From assembly GCA_026415395.1 (NCBI GenBank), contig JAOAHD010000007.1:715304-779303 (forward strand): a stretch of 64,000 nucleotides of DNA, written 5' to 3'. Each line of letters opens with the position of its first letter. The stretch's first letter is position 1. The stretch comes from Candidatus Binatia bacterium (GTDB taxonomy: Bacteria > Desulfobacterota > Binatia > HRBIN30). Below, piece by piece: positions 29,395 to 38,618 of the stretch. The notes below the pieces were generated by a model. The model searched no databases. It was not told the DNA's origin and saw only the letters and a program-made list of their open reading frames with translations. The translations under genes were made by a program, and so were the position numbers.

Positions 29395-30222
29395 ATGTCG
29401 AACGGCAAACAAGCGGACCCGCAAAATCGCTGGCAAAACAATGCTGAGACGAATCTCCGGGAAACCCACGCGGACGAGGAGCGGGGAGCAGCACAACCGG
29501 ACCTCACGCCCCGAGAAGCCGAGATTGAGAGGCTGCGTGCAGAGCTCGAGGAGACCCGCCGCGCGTTTGACCACTTTGCATGCGCTGTGGCCCATGACTT
29601 GCGTACACCGCTGCGTCACATCGAAGCGTTCGCTCACTTGATCCAAAAGGAGGTTCCCGACGCGAGCGCGGTTGCGCAGTCGTACTTGGTAAGCCTGAGA
29701 AATGCGGTGGCCGACATGCGGGAATTGCTCGAGGCCTTATTGCGCCTCTGCCGCGCGGGCCATGCCCCGTTGGCGCGCCGGCGCGTGGACCTCAAGCAGA
29801 TGGTGCTGACCATCCTGGCCAGATTCCAACGCCGCTTCCCACAGCGCGTAACCCAAGTCACGTTCCGCGGCGATCTCGAAGCCTCTGCGGACCCAGACTT
29901 GACGTATCTCCTCCTCCACGCGCTTCTCGACAATGCATGGAAGTACGCGCAACCCCGGCCAACTACGACGCTCGAAGTTGGGGAGCGGCTTTGCGGAAGT
30001 CACCGCGTGTATTACGTGCGCGATTTCGGAGTAGGTTTTCCGCAGGAGCAGGCCCAAGAGCTGTTCAAGCCCCTGCGCCGCTTGCACTCCAGCGCCGAAT
30101 TCGAGGGCGTCGGGCTAGGGCTGGCGTTAGCCAAGCGGATTGTCGAACGGCACGGCGGGGAGATCTGGGCCGAAGGAGAAGTCGGCCAGGGGGCTTGCTT
30201 CTACTTCACGTTAGGTGCGTAG
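29395..30222 (+). CDS. cytoplasmic histidine kinase (HisKA + HATPase_c)
   Basis: The H-box is ..AVAHDLRTPLRHIEAF.. and the ATPase region is ..DFGVGFPQEQAQELFKP..GVGLGLALAKRIV.. . Confidence 0.8.
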   Translation: MSNGKQADPQNRWQNNAETNLRETHADEERGAAQPDLTPREAEIERLRAELEETRRAFDHFACAVAHDLRTPLRHIEAFAHLIQKEVPDASAVAQSYLVSLRNAVADMRELLEALLRLCRAGHAPLARRRVDLKQMVLTILARFQRRFPQRVTQVTFRGDLEASADPDLTYLLLHALLDNAWKYAQPRPTTTLEVGERLCGSHRVYYVRDFGVGFPQEQAQELFKPLRRLHSSAEFEGVGLGLALAKRIVERHGGEIWAEGEVGQGACFYFTLGA

Positions 30223-32066
30223 CCCGGCCTCGCCATCAGCGGCGCGCAGTTAGAGGGTGGAGCCGGCTCTAGGCGTGCAACCTGGGCTGGTGGGAGAAGT
30301 TGGTTACGTACCGCCACGCGTGTAGCATCCCGAGCGATGACCTCGTAGTGTCCTGGTAGTACTGCGTCGAGATTTTGTCCCGGCCGGAGTGGATCCGATA
30401 TCCAGATGAGCGGCCGCTCTTCCCACCAGCGCTGGAGCGTGGCGGCGTCGATGAACAAACGGTCGCCGTGAGGCTCGAGGTATGTCGGCAGCACGAAATC
30501 ACGCGGCGGCAAAATTTCAATGCGCCGGCGCAAGTAGTAGTTGAGCCCGGCACACGTTTGGTACTCCTCGGGAGCTTGGTAAACGACCGTCACGTTTGCC
30601 CCTTCCAAGTGTGGGCTGATTTGCTGAGCTAACGGGAACGTAGAATTGTTGGGGGCCACGAGGGCAAGCCCCCGGCAAAACAAGGGGACCACCGCGGCAA
30701 AGGTCACGGCAACAGCCACCGGTGCCAAGCGTCGTGCCCCGATCCACCAGAGCAAGAGGGCGACCACGCCAGCCAAGCTCAAACCGCCAAACGCCTGAAT
30801 TGCAATGCCGATAAACTCGTGCGTAGGCCCCAGCCACTCCTCTTCCCGCAGTAAACGCGGCACGACCCAGAGCCCGTTCACGAAAACGAATGCAGCGAAA
30901 ACCCAATGAACCCAGGTTGCGGCCGCCCAGCGCGGAGAAAGCGTTTCGGCACGCCCGAGGTATGCTGCCACAAGCAGCGCCAGGGGTGGCAGCGCCGGCA
31001 AAGAGTAGTGTTCCAAGCGCGACGATGCAGCCGAGAACAGGGCAAGCACCGCGAGGCTCCAGGCGAGGAGGAGAACGGCAATTGTCCGCTCCTCGCGTGT
31101 CGGGAGTTTGCCCACCGCCACGCCAACGGCTGCGGGAACGAACACGCTCCACGGAAAGAGACGCATGGCGAAAGCTGCCCAAAACATGGGTAACGAGATC
31201 GGGATCGAGTCGCGCGGAAACTTTTTGTCGAAGAAAAACAACAGGTGCTGGTTGATCACATAGTCCCAAAGAAAGCCCGAGTGCACAAAGCTCATTGCCG
31301 CGTGCCACGGTCCGACGATGGCAAGCCACAACCACCAAGCGCGCGGATGAAAGAAAGGAAGGAGAAGCCGCCAACGGCGCTCCGCCACGACGGCTGCAAG
31401 TAACGCGAAGGCGGGCAGTAGGAGCGCGAGCATGCCTTTGGCGAGGAGCCCGATGGCGAGCCCCACCTGCCATAGAGCGAGCGGTGTCGACCAGCGCCAC
31501 AAGCGCTCCTCAGGTCGTTCCAAAAGCTCCCACAGCGCGGAAATCGCCAGCGTGAGACCAAGCACGAGCCAAAGGTCGGGGCGCACCAGGTGCGTTTCCA
31601 CGAAAAAGCCGCCCATCGAAGCCAAGATCCCGGCGGCCAGGCAGCCGACAAACGGGTTGAATGCGCGCCAGCCCCACACCAGGACAATCAGAATGGTTAG
31701 CCACGCGGCAACCGCCCCGGGCAAGCGGGCGGCAGCTTCGTGGATTCCCCAGAGCTCGTACACCCAGGCGATCCCCCAATAGGCGAGCGGCGGCTTGTTC
31801 AAGAAGATTACGTAATTGAGCTGCGGGCTCAGCCAGTCGCCGCTTTCGATCATTTCCCGTGCGACCTCTGCGTACTGGGCCTCGTTCGGGTCGTCGAGCA
31901 GTGGGAAGCTCCCGAGCCGATGCGTGAAGGCCCAGGCAGTCACGACGAGGATCAACACCGCGACGGCCACGGCCAGCCTCGATCCTTGGTCTCTCGTCTC
32001 GGCCATTGCCCGAGGGGCGATGGCCGGCCTGTTCGGTGGGTGCACCTGTGCCATAGCGATGTGCAA
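30201..32066 (-). CDS. glycosyltransferase family 39/83 (ArnT/PMT-like lipid-linked sugar transferase)
   Basis: ..DDPNEAQYAEVAREMIESGDWLSPQLNYVIFLNKPPLAYW.. is diagnostic of ArnT/PMT, followed by many TM helices. Confidence 0.8.
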   Translation of the reverse strand: MHIAMAQVHPPNRPAIAPRAMAETRDQGSRLAVAVAVLILVVTAWAFTHRLGSFPLLDDPNEAQYAEVAREMIESGDWLSPQLNYVIFLNKPPLAYWGIAWVYELWGIHEAAARLPGAVAAWLTILIVLVWGWRAFNPFVGCLAAGILASMGGFFVETHLVRPDLWLVLGLTLAISALWELLERPEERLWRWSTPLALWQVGLAIGLLAKGMLALLLPAFALLAAVVAERRWRLLLPFFHPRAWWLWLAIVGPWHAAMSFVHSGFLWDYVINQHLLFFFDKKFPRDSIPISLPMFWAAFAMRLFPWSVFVPAAVGVAVGKLPTREERTIAVLLLAWSLAVLALFSAASSRLEHYSLPALPPLALLVAAYLGRAETLSPRWAAATWVHWVFAAFVFVNGLWVVPRLLREEEWLGPTHEFIGIAIQAFGGLSLAGVVALLLWWIGARRLAPVAVAVTFAAVVPLFCRGLALVAPNNSTFPLAQQISPHLEGANVTVVYQAPEEYQTCAGLNYYLRRRIEILPPRDFVLPTYLEPHGDRLFIDAATLQRWWEERPLIWISDPLRPGQNLDAVLPGHYEVIARDATRVAVRNQLLPPAQVARLEPAPPSNCAPLMARPGYAPNVK

Positions 32067-32226
32067 ACTGAACCGCGCCGTTTAGCGAGAATGAGCGCGT
32101 TTGCCAAATCGCCCGACACCGAGCGCGTCGGGGGCGGTGCCTCGAACCCCCAATGCTCGGGCCTACTTCCCGGACTGACCACTCCGCAACGGAGACTGAG
32201 AAGTGCGCGGTGGCGCGGCTGCAGAC

Positions 32227-33003
32227 TCAGCCCCGCGCGCGCAACGCGCGCACTGCCTCGACTAACGCGGGGAGCGCCTCTCCAGCCGGAGTGCGGATAA
32301 CCACGCTGCAAAACGGCGTGAGGTCAGTTTCGTACGGATTGATCTCCACCAGCACACCGCCGCGTTGGTGAACGTCCAAGGGAAGGCCCGCGGCCGGGTA
32401 CACGGTGGCTGAGGTGCCGACGACGAGCATACAGTCTGCCCGAGCGGTCTCCGCTTGGCAGCGGCCTAGCACATCGCTCGGAATCGGTTCCCCAAACGAC
32501 ACCGTGTCGCTTTTCAACAGCCCACCGCACTCCCGACACAGCGGCGGGAGCTCAGTCAAATCCACTGCCTCGAAGGGCATGCGATGCAAGCACGACAAGC
32601 AGCGCACTAACGTGGCATTGCCGTGAATTTCGGCCAGACGTTCACTGCCGGCGCGGCGATGCAAATTGTCCACATTTTGCGTGATCGTGCAGCGCAGGAT
32701 TCCCATGCGCTCGAGCTCGACCAAACCGTAATGCCCGGAATTGGGCTCGGCGCGCGCCAACGTTTCCCAGAGCTCGCGCATGGGCCCGCTCGGGTTCAGG
32801 CGCTCCTCCCAGGCTCTTTTCGGATCCGCCAAAAACCGCTGAAAGCCGTTCATGGGTGGCTCGCCATATTTGGTCCACAACCCGCCTGGCCCCCGAAACG
32901 GCGGGATGCCGCTTTCCACAGAGAGCCCCGCTCCGGTGAGGGCCACGACGTACTTTGCTTTGTGAATCGCTTGAGCCGCGCGTTGGATTTCGTCGTTGTG
33001 CAT
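32227..33003 (-). CDS. cobB: NAD-dependent protein deacylase, Sir2 family
   Basis: It has ..GAGLSVESGIPPFRGPGGLW.. and the Zn-Cys pairs CLSC...CREC. Confidence 0.85.
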   Translation of the reverse strand: MHNDEIQRAAQAIHKAKYVVALTGAGLSVESGIPPFRGPGGLWTKYGEPPMNGFQRFLADPKRAWEERLNPSGPMRELWETLARAEPNSGHYGLVELERMGILRCTITQNVDNLHRRAGSERLAEIHGNATLVRCLSCLHRMPFEAVDLTELPPLCRECGGLLKSDTVSFGEPIPSDVLGRCQAETARADCMLVVGTSATVYPAAGLPLDVHQRGGVLVEINPYETDLTPFCSVVIRTPAGEALPALVEAVRALRARG

Positions 33004-33116
33004 AGGAAGTCCTTCAACAAGCCGTGCATTGAGCGCTTAATTCATGTCGTTTATACGGGCAAGCCGCTGCAAGCTTGTGTTGTTTTTTGGACGTGGAGGA
33101 GCCTTATGGGTCAGCG

Positions 33117-33639
33117 TTGGTGGAGTTTTGCTGTCGTTCTGGTTGCAGTGGGTACTCTCGCGGGACGAGTCGCAGCGCGGGACCCGGTTCCGGTGCGGGA
33201 CAAAAGCGGCAAGGTGTGGGCTGAAGTGGTGGTGTGCAACGACTGCAAAAATCCTGGCGAGGCGAACTGCTTTGATGGTGCGGAAAGCGGCTGGCTGAAC
33301 GGCCGGCCGTGCGGCAAGTGCTTCGTCGACAAAAATTACGGGAAGCTCGTGCCGGTGCCCTACGACGTGCACTTCGTCGGCACGCTAGTGGATAGCCAGG
33401 GCGCACCGGTGAAGGACCGCTTCGTCAAGCTCTTCGTGCAAAATGGGTGGGGGCATCGCACCGCTACGCGGCCCGACGGCCAGTTTCGCATTATCATTGG
33501 TGCTGTGGGCGACCGGAAGTCCAATGAGCCCATCGTTGTGGACTTAGGGCGAATCGTCGATCAGCAGAAAGATTCGAACGACCGTTACTTTGCCTTGTTC
33601 CTGTTGGCGCCGGATCACACGCCGTGCGACCCTCAATAG
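33117..33639 (+). CDS. secreted Cys-rich protein with carboxypeptidase-regulatory-like (transthyretin-fold) C-terminal domain
   Basis: An RBS GGAGGA precedes ATG 33117. The signal peptide is MGQRWWSFAVVLVAVGTLAGRVAA, followed by CNDCKNPGEANC..CGKC and ..VHFVGTLVDSQGAPV..TRPDGQFRI.. . Confidence 0.5.
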
Positions 33640-33774
33640 TCGCCGTGCGGGGACAACGTCGATTGCCCGAGTGCGCTGTGCCAGGAAGCACGTTCGGTTT
33701 GCTCCGAATGCTGAATCGAGCATTGCGCGTATGCTTCCCTTAGGTTGGTGCGCGGTGCTAGGGAATAAGCCACC

Positions 33775-34761
33775 ATGGCCGCAGGCGAGGGAGAAACTGC
33801 GGAAACGATCGGCGTAGGAGCTCTGGCTGGCATAGCGGAGTCCCCCGTTGCCGTGCGTCTGCCGGCGGCAGTGTTGCGGCCGTTGCAGCAGGTGCGTCCG
33901 TTCCGTGCCTGCGCGGCACTCGCCTCGACGTGGGGACTCATCGCCGCGAGCGTGGGAGCCGCGTTGGTGATCCCGCATCCAGTGACCTGGATCTTGGCAT
34001 GCTTGATTGTCGGCCGCTGCCAACATGCGCTTGCGGTGCTGATGCACGATGCAGCGCATCACCGCTTGTTCCAGCATCGCTGGTGGAACGACTTTATCGG
34101 GCATTGGCTTTGTGCCCGCCCCATCGCCAGCCATCTGTTGGCGTACCGAACGGTTCACTTGCGGCATCACAAATACTTGCTCACGGAGCGCGATCCTGAC
34201 TTATCCCTGTCGCTTCCGTTTCCCTGCGGCCGCGCGAGTTGGTGGCGGAAGCTCCTCCGCGACGCCACAGGGATTTCTGCTCTGACCATGCGCGGCTATC
34301 TGGTGGTGGACCGCACCACGGGCAAGCTGCGCCTTGGCCCCGGAAACTTGTTGCGTCGCTGGAGTTGGTCGACGGGGACCCAACGTGCGCTCGTTGCTGC
34401 GAGTGTGGGGTTGCTGTTTTGGCTGGGATACGGGCTCGCGTTTGTCGTGTTGTGGTGGCTTCCGCTGATGACCGTGTACCAAGTCATTTTGCGGGTGCGC
34501 GGCGTGTTGGAGCACGCGGCGGTGCCCGACCGCGGCGACCCGTTGCGCAACGCCCGCACGATTGTCACTCGGAATCCGATTGCGAAGTTCTTTTTGAACC
34601 CCCATCACGTTGCCTACCATTTGGAGCATCATCTCTACCCGGGGGTGCCTCATTATAATTTGCCGGCGTTGCACTGCGCTTTACGGGAATCCGGGAAGTT
34701 CGACCGAGCTTTAGTGGAAAGCGGCTACCGCCCCGCGCTCCAGGCGGTGATCGGTGGCTGA
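33775..34761 (+). CDS. membrane fatty-acid desaturase family protein (three His boxes)
   Basis: The His boxes are HDAAHHRLF, HLRHHKY and HLEHHLYPGVPHYNL, separated by hydrophobic helices. Confidence 0.7.
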   Translation: MAAGEGETAETIGVGALAGIAESPVAVRLPAAVLRPLQQVRPFRACAALASTWGLIAASVGAALVIPHPVTWILACLIVGRCQHALAVLMHDAAHHRLFQHRWWNDFIGHWLCARPIASHLLAYRTVHLRHHKYLLTERDPDLSLSLPFPCGRASWWRKLLRDATGISALTMRGYLVVDRTTGKLRLGPGNLLRRWSWSTGTQRALVAASVGLLFWLGYGLAFVVLWWLPLMTVYQVILRVRGVLEHAAVPDRGDPLRNARTIVTRNPIAKFFLNPHHVAYHLEHHLYPGVPHYNLPALHCALRESGKFDRALVESGYRPALQAVIGG

Positions 34762-34794
34762 GCCCGATCGAGAAGAGTTGCAAGGAGTAGGGGA

Positions 34795-35286
34795 GTGAAC
34801 GGACGCTTGGTTGCGGGTGTAGTCGGATTGGTTGTTTTCGCCTTCGGTCTCGCAGGATTGCTATACCCGGAGCGGGTCATGCACTACGCGGGCTTTGCGG
34901 TGGCCTCCACTGCCAGTCTTGCGCAGGCCACGGCCGAGACGCGGGCCATTTACGGGGGGCTGTTTGTCGTGTTGGCGATGTGGATCATGTACGCCGCCTT
35001 CATGCAATCACGCCAGCTCCTACTGTTTGCCGCCACGCTTTTTCTCGGCGCTGCGGCCGGTCGACTCGGGGGTGCGTATGTGGCGGGAAGCCCCGGGCTC
35101 TGGGGCTGGATTGGAGTGATTATCGAGACCGCTTTGGGTGTTGCCCTGCTAGCAGCGGCTTTGTCGGTGGGTCGCACGGAAGAATGGGCCGTGGGCTCGA
35201 CGGTCGCCCCCGCCGGACCAGGGGGCGACGCCTCCTCAGCCCCGGCATCATCAGCTCCGCCTACCTCAGGTGCGACCACCCCGTGA
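34795..35286 (+). CDS. small membrane protein (DUF4345-like)
   Basis: It has four hydrophobic helices and a low-complexity Ala/Ser/Pro tail. Confidence 0.5.
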   Translation: MNGRLVAGVVGLVVFAFGLAGLLYPERVMHYAGFAVASTASLAQATAETRAIYGGLFVVLAMWIMYAAFMQSRQLLLFAATLFLGAAAGRLGGAYVAGSPGLWGWIGVIIETALGVALLAAALSVGRTEEWAVGSTVAPAGPGGDASSAPASSAPPTSGATTP

Positions 35287-35301
35287 GGCGGCAAACCGGC
35301 C

Positions 35302-35649
35302 ATGGGTGAGCCGGCTGCAAACTTCGATGTGTATCGGTTGCTTGCCGAACTGCCTGCAGGTCAACTCGGATTCGGTGGCTTGGCCGGTTTGGTTGCCGGT
35401 TATGCAGCTAAGAAAGTTGCCAAGCTGATCGCGCTGCTTTTGGGCGTGCTATTTTTCACTTTGCAGATTCTCGCCTATCAGGGTTGGATCACCATCCATT
35501 GGCAAGAGGTGCAACGCACCGCCGATGAAGTGTGGCGCGAGGCGCAACACCAAGGCTGGCTAGAGCAAGCTTGGGGGATCGTGACTGGGAATCTGCCGTT
35601 CGGCAGTGCCTTTGCAGCCGGATTTGTCCTGGGTTTCAGACTTGGCTGA
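35302..35649 (+). CDS. FUN14 family membrane protein
   Basis: ..GGLAGLVAGYAAKKVAKLIALLLGVLFFTLQ.. is typical of FUN14. Confidence 0.55.
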   Translation: MGEPAANFDVYRLLAELPAGQLGFGGLAGLVAGYAAKKVAKLIALLLGVLFFTLQILAYQGWITIHWQEVQRTADEVWREAQHQGWLEQAWGIVTGNLPFGSAFAAGFVLGFRLG

Positions 35650-35659
35650 AGCTTAGCCG

Positions 35660-36970
35660 CTAGCGGGCTGCCGCCGAGATTGCTCCGCCGCCCCAGGTCG
35701 GCCGAGGTAGCACCAAAGGTGGGGGTTCGAGTTCCACCAGATACTCGAACTGCCGGCGGAACTCCTCGGGCGTGAGGTGCGCCACACGTGCGAAGCGCGC
35801 AATTTCCTCGTCGCGCTCAAAGTCGTCACGCCGCAGGCGGATCATGTAGCGTCGAGCAATCGCGTAGCGAGTCGAGTACACGTCGACGAGGCGAACACGA
35901 GTGCGACCGGTTTGCGGATCGAGCAAGTGTCCAAACGGAATTGGCACGAACTGCCCTGCCTGCAGCGACACCATCACTTGGTCCCCGCCCTCGAGCAAGT
36001 ACTTAGCGGCGCAGTAACCAAGATCCCGCGTGTACTCCAAATCGTAAGGAATGGGGTCTGCGCATCGCAGTTCGTAGCCAATGTTTTTGGCGGTCAGCGT
36101 AATTTTGATGCCAAGCTGGGCGAGGCGCTGAGCAACCGCGCGCTTGACGGTGTCTCCAAGGTCGATTTCCGAAAGGCGCACATGGCCGTGCTCATCGCGC
36201 TCCACGTGTTCGAGACCTGCTACGTCCCTTGGATCCATATCCAGCACCACCCCTTCAGCAATGACGGCCACACCATCCCGCCGGCCGTCGGCCAGACGTT
36301 TGATTATGGCGCCCGCCAAAATGTCCGCGATGTGTTGCAGGCGAATGGGTCGGCCCAGGAACTCTTCTAAGATCAGCGTCAGCGTTGCCCCGGCCGCCTT
36401 CCCAATGCCAAGTGCTAAATGGCCGGCTTTTCGCCCCATTGTGACCACGATGTACCAGCGAGAGGTGGTGTAGGCGTCGACCATGAGGTTTTTTACCAAC
36501 TCGACGCCGACGTGGCGCGCGGTTTGGAAGCCAAAGGTGTCGACGTGCGGTGGTAAGTCCAAGTCGTTGTCGATGGTTTTCGGAACGTGCACGATGCGCA
36601 ATCGACCGGCCGCTTGCTGCGCGAGGCGCATTGCGGAATAGGCAGTGTCGTCGCCGCCGATGGTAATGAGCCGGTCGATGCCCAGGGCGTCGAGCGCGTG
36701 TACGCAATGCTCGAGCTGCTCGGTGCTCTTCGTCGGGTTCGCGCGTGAGATTCCGATCATCGAGCCGCCGCGGAAGTGCATGCGGCTGACTTTGTCGATT
36801 GTTAGGGGCTCCACCTGATCCGTGCGCCCCTGCATGATGTGTTCGAAGCCGTCGCGGATGCCGAGCACAGGCACGCCCTCGAGAACAGCACGGATGGTGG
36901 CAGCGCCAATGACACTGTTAATTCCCGGGGCAGGACCACCACCAACCAAGATTCCCATCTTCTTTTCCAT
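35660..36970 (-). CDS. pfk: 6-phosphofructokinase, probably PPi-dependent type
   Basis: It has GILVGGGPAPGINSVI and GGDDTAYSA (GGDD rather than GGDG). An RBS GGAGGAAGAG sits 9 nt upstream of the ATG at 36970 (MEKKMGIL), so the start at 37015 is rejected. Confidence 0.8.
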   Translation of the reverse strand: MEKKMGILVGGGPAPGINSVIGAATIRAVLEGVPVLGIRDGFEHIMQGRTDQVEPLTIDKVSRMHFRGGSMIGISRANPTKSTEQLEHCVHALDALGIDRLITIGGDDTAYSAMRLAQQAAGRLRIVHVPKTIDNDLDLPPHVDTFGFQTARHVGVELVKNLMVDAYTTSRWYIVVTMGRKAGHLALGIGKAAGATLTLILEEFLGRPIRLQHIADILAGAIIKRLADGRRDGVAVIAEGVVLDMDPRDVAGLEHVERDEHGHVRLSEIDLGDTVKRAVAQRLAQLGIKITLTAKNIGYELRCADPIPYDLEYTRDLGYCAAKYLLEGGDQVMVSLQAGQFVPIPFGHLLDPQTGRTRVRLVDVYSTRYAIARRYMIRLRRDDFERDEEIARFARVAHLTPEEFRRQFEYLVELEPPPLVLPRPTWGGGAISAAAR

Positions 36971-37113
36971 CGGGCTCTTCCTCCATGCGCTACCGCTGCC
37001 ACGTACGGTCCCCATATTTGCAGGGCAACAACTCGTTTCCAGGGAGCACGGCGAGGCCCTGGCAGCGCGCCTCGACGGGGCAACCGCGATCGAAGCTCAG
37101 CGGGCGTCGGAAA

Positions 37114-38544
37114 TCAGATGTTCAACGGACGGCCATCAACGGCCAGCGCCGCTTCTCGCAGGGCCTCCGGCAAGGTTGGGTGCGCGTGGCACGTGCGTGC
37201 GAGATCTTCGGCGCTGGCGCCAAACTCTATGGCTAACGCAGCCTCGGCAATTAGGTCGGAAGCGCGGGGGCCGAGGATGTGGACGCCGAGAATGCGATCC
37301 GTTTTCGCATCGGCAATCACTTTGACCTGACCATCGGTCTCGCCCAAACAGCGCGCGCGCCCGTTGGCAAGAAAGGGAAAGGTGCCTACGCGCACGTCGA
37401 GCCCTCGTTCTTGCGCCGCCTCCTCCGTGAGCCCCACGCCGGCTAGCTCGGGCGCCGTGTACACCACATTCGGCACCGCGTCGTAATTCACGTGGCCGGC
37501 GATTCCATTCATCCGTTCCACCGCGGCGACGCCCTCTTCCTCGGCCTTGTGGGCCAACATGGGCCCCGGAATGACATCGCCAATGGCGTAAATTCCGGGC
37601 ACGCTCGTTTGGTAGTTCTCGTCGACCGTGATAAACCCACGCCGATCGCGCTCAACGCCGAGCGCTTCTAGCCCCAAGCCGTCAGTGTACGGTCGCCGGC
37701 CCACAGCCACGAGCACGCGGTCCACCTCGACCACGCTGGTTTGCCCGCGCTGATCCAACGTGACGCGCACCCCGTTTTCCACTGGCTCGGCCGAGCGCGC
37801 GGTGGTTTGCAACTGGATCCGCAATCCTTGCCGTTGCAAGCTCTTGTGCAATAGCTCGGCCAGCTTTCGGTCCATCCCGGGAAGGATGCGATCGAGGAAT
37901 TCCACAACCAACACTTCGGCTCCGAGACGCGACCACACCGAGCCGAGCTCGAGGCCCACCGCGCCGGCACCGACGACAAGGAGTTTGCGCGGCACTTGGG
38001 TAAAGGCCAGGGCTTCGGTGGACGATACAATCCGTTCCCCGTCGAATGGGAGACCAGGCAACGCGGCTGGCACACTGCCGGTGGCGATGAGGATCCGCGA
38101 TGCAGTCAGTTCCCGCTCACTGCCGTTGCTGTTTACGACCACTCTCCCAGGGGCCGCGATGCGGGCGACGCCATGAACTCGTTCGATCCCGTGCTTCTTG
38201 AACAAGCCCGCAATCCCTTGAGTGAGCACCTTGACTACGCGCTCCTTGCGCGCCATCAGGGCAGGGAGGTCGAGTTCCACATCACGCACGAGAACACCGT
38301 GCGCTGCGAACTGATGCTTCGTCTGGTAGTAGATCTCGCTTGAGTCGAGCAGCGCTTTACTGGGGATGCAGCCAATGTTCAAACAGGTGCCCCCGAGCGG
38401 CGTTTCCTTTTCCACGCAGGCCACGCGCATCCCCAATTGGGCGGCTCGAATGGCGGCAATGTAGCCACCAGGTCCTGCGCCGATGACGACAAGATCAAAC
38501 CCTTGCGTCGCTTTGCTGCGGTTGCTCTGCGCCATTTCTGTCAC
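37114..38544 (-). CDS. lpdA: dihydrolipoyl dehydrogenase (E3)
   Basis: The FAD motif is FDLVVIGAGPGGY and the redox-active disulfide is GGTCLNIGCIPSK. Confidence 0.9.
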   Translation of the reverse strand: MTEMAQSNRSKATQGFDLVVIGAGPGGYIAAIRAAQLGMRVACVEKETPLGGTCLNIGCIPSKALLDSSEIYYQTKHQFAAHGVLVRDVELDLPALMARKERVVKVLTQGIAGLFKKHGIERVHGVARIAAPGRVVVNSNGSERELTASRILIATGSVPAALPGLPFDGERIVSSTEALAFTQVPRKLLVVGAGAVGLELGSVWSRLGAEVLVVEFLDRILPGMDRKLAELLHKSLQRQGLRIQLQTTARSAEPVENGVRVTLDQRGQTSVVEVDRVLVAVGRRPYTDGLGLEALGVERDRRGFITVDENYQTSVPGIYAIGDVIPGPMLAHKAEEEGVAAVERMNGIAGHVNYDAVPNVVYTAPELAGVGLTEEAAQERGLDVRVGTFPFLANGRARCLGETDGQVKVIADAKTDRILGVHILGPRASDLIAEAALAIEFGASAEDLARTCHAHPTLPEALREAALAVDGRPLNI

Positions 38545-38618
38545 CTCGTCCTTCTCCCCGCATTCGCCAACTCAGGTTTCACGTTGGCGCTGCCAGCAGC
38601 CTGGGCGTGCCTTCCGGG

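Noticed and set aside
36971-37015. ORF-finder start for PFK at 37015
   Set aside because: A GGAGGA RBS lies inside this extension, 9 nt upstream of the ATG at 36970 (MEKKMGILVGGG), so the longer start is unlikely.
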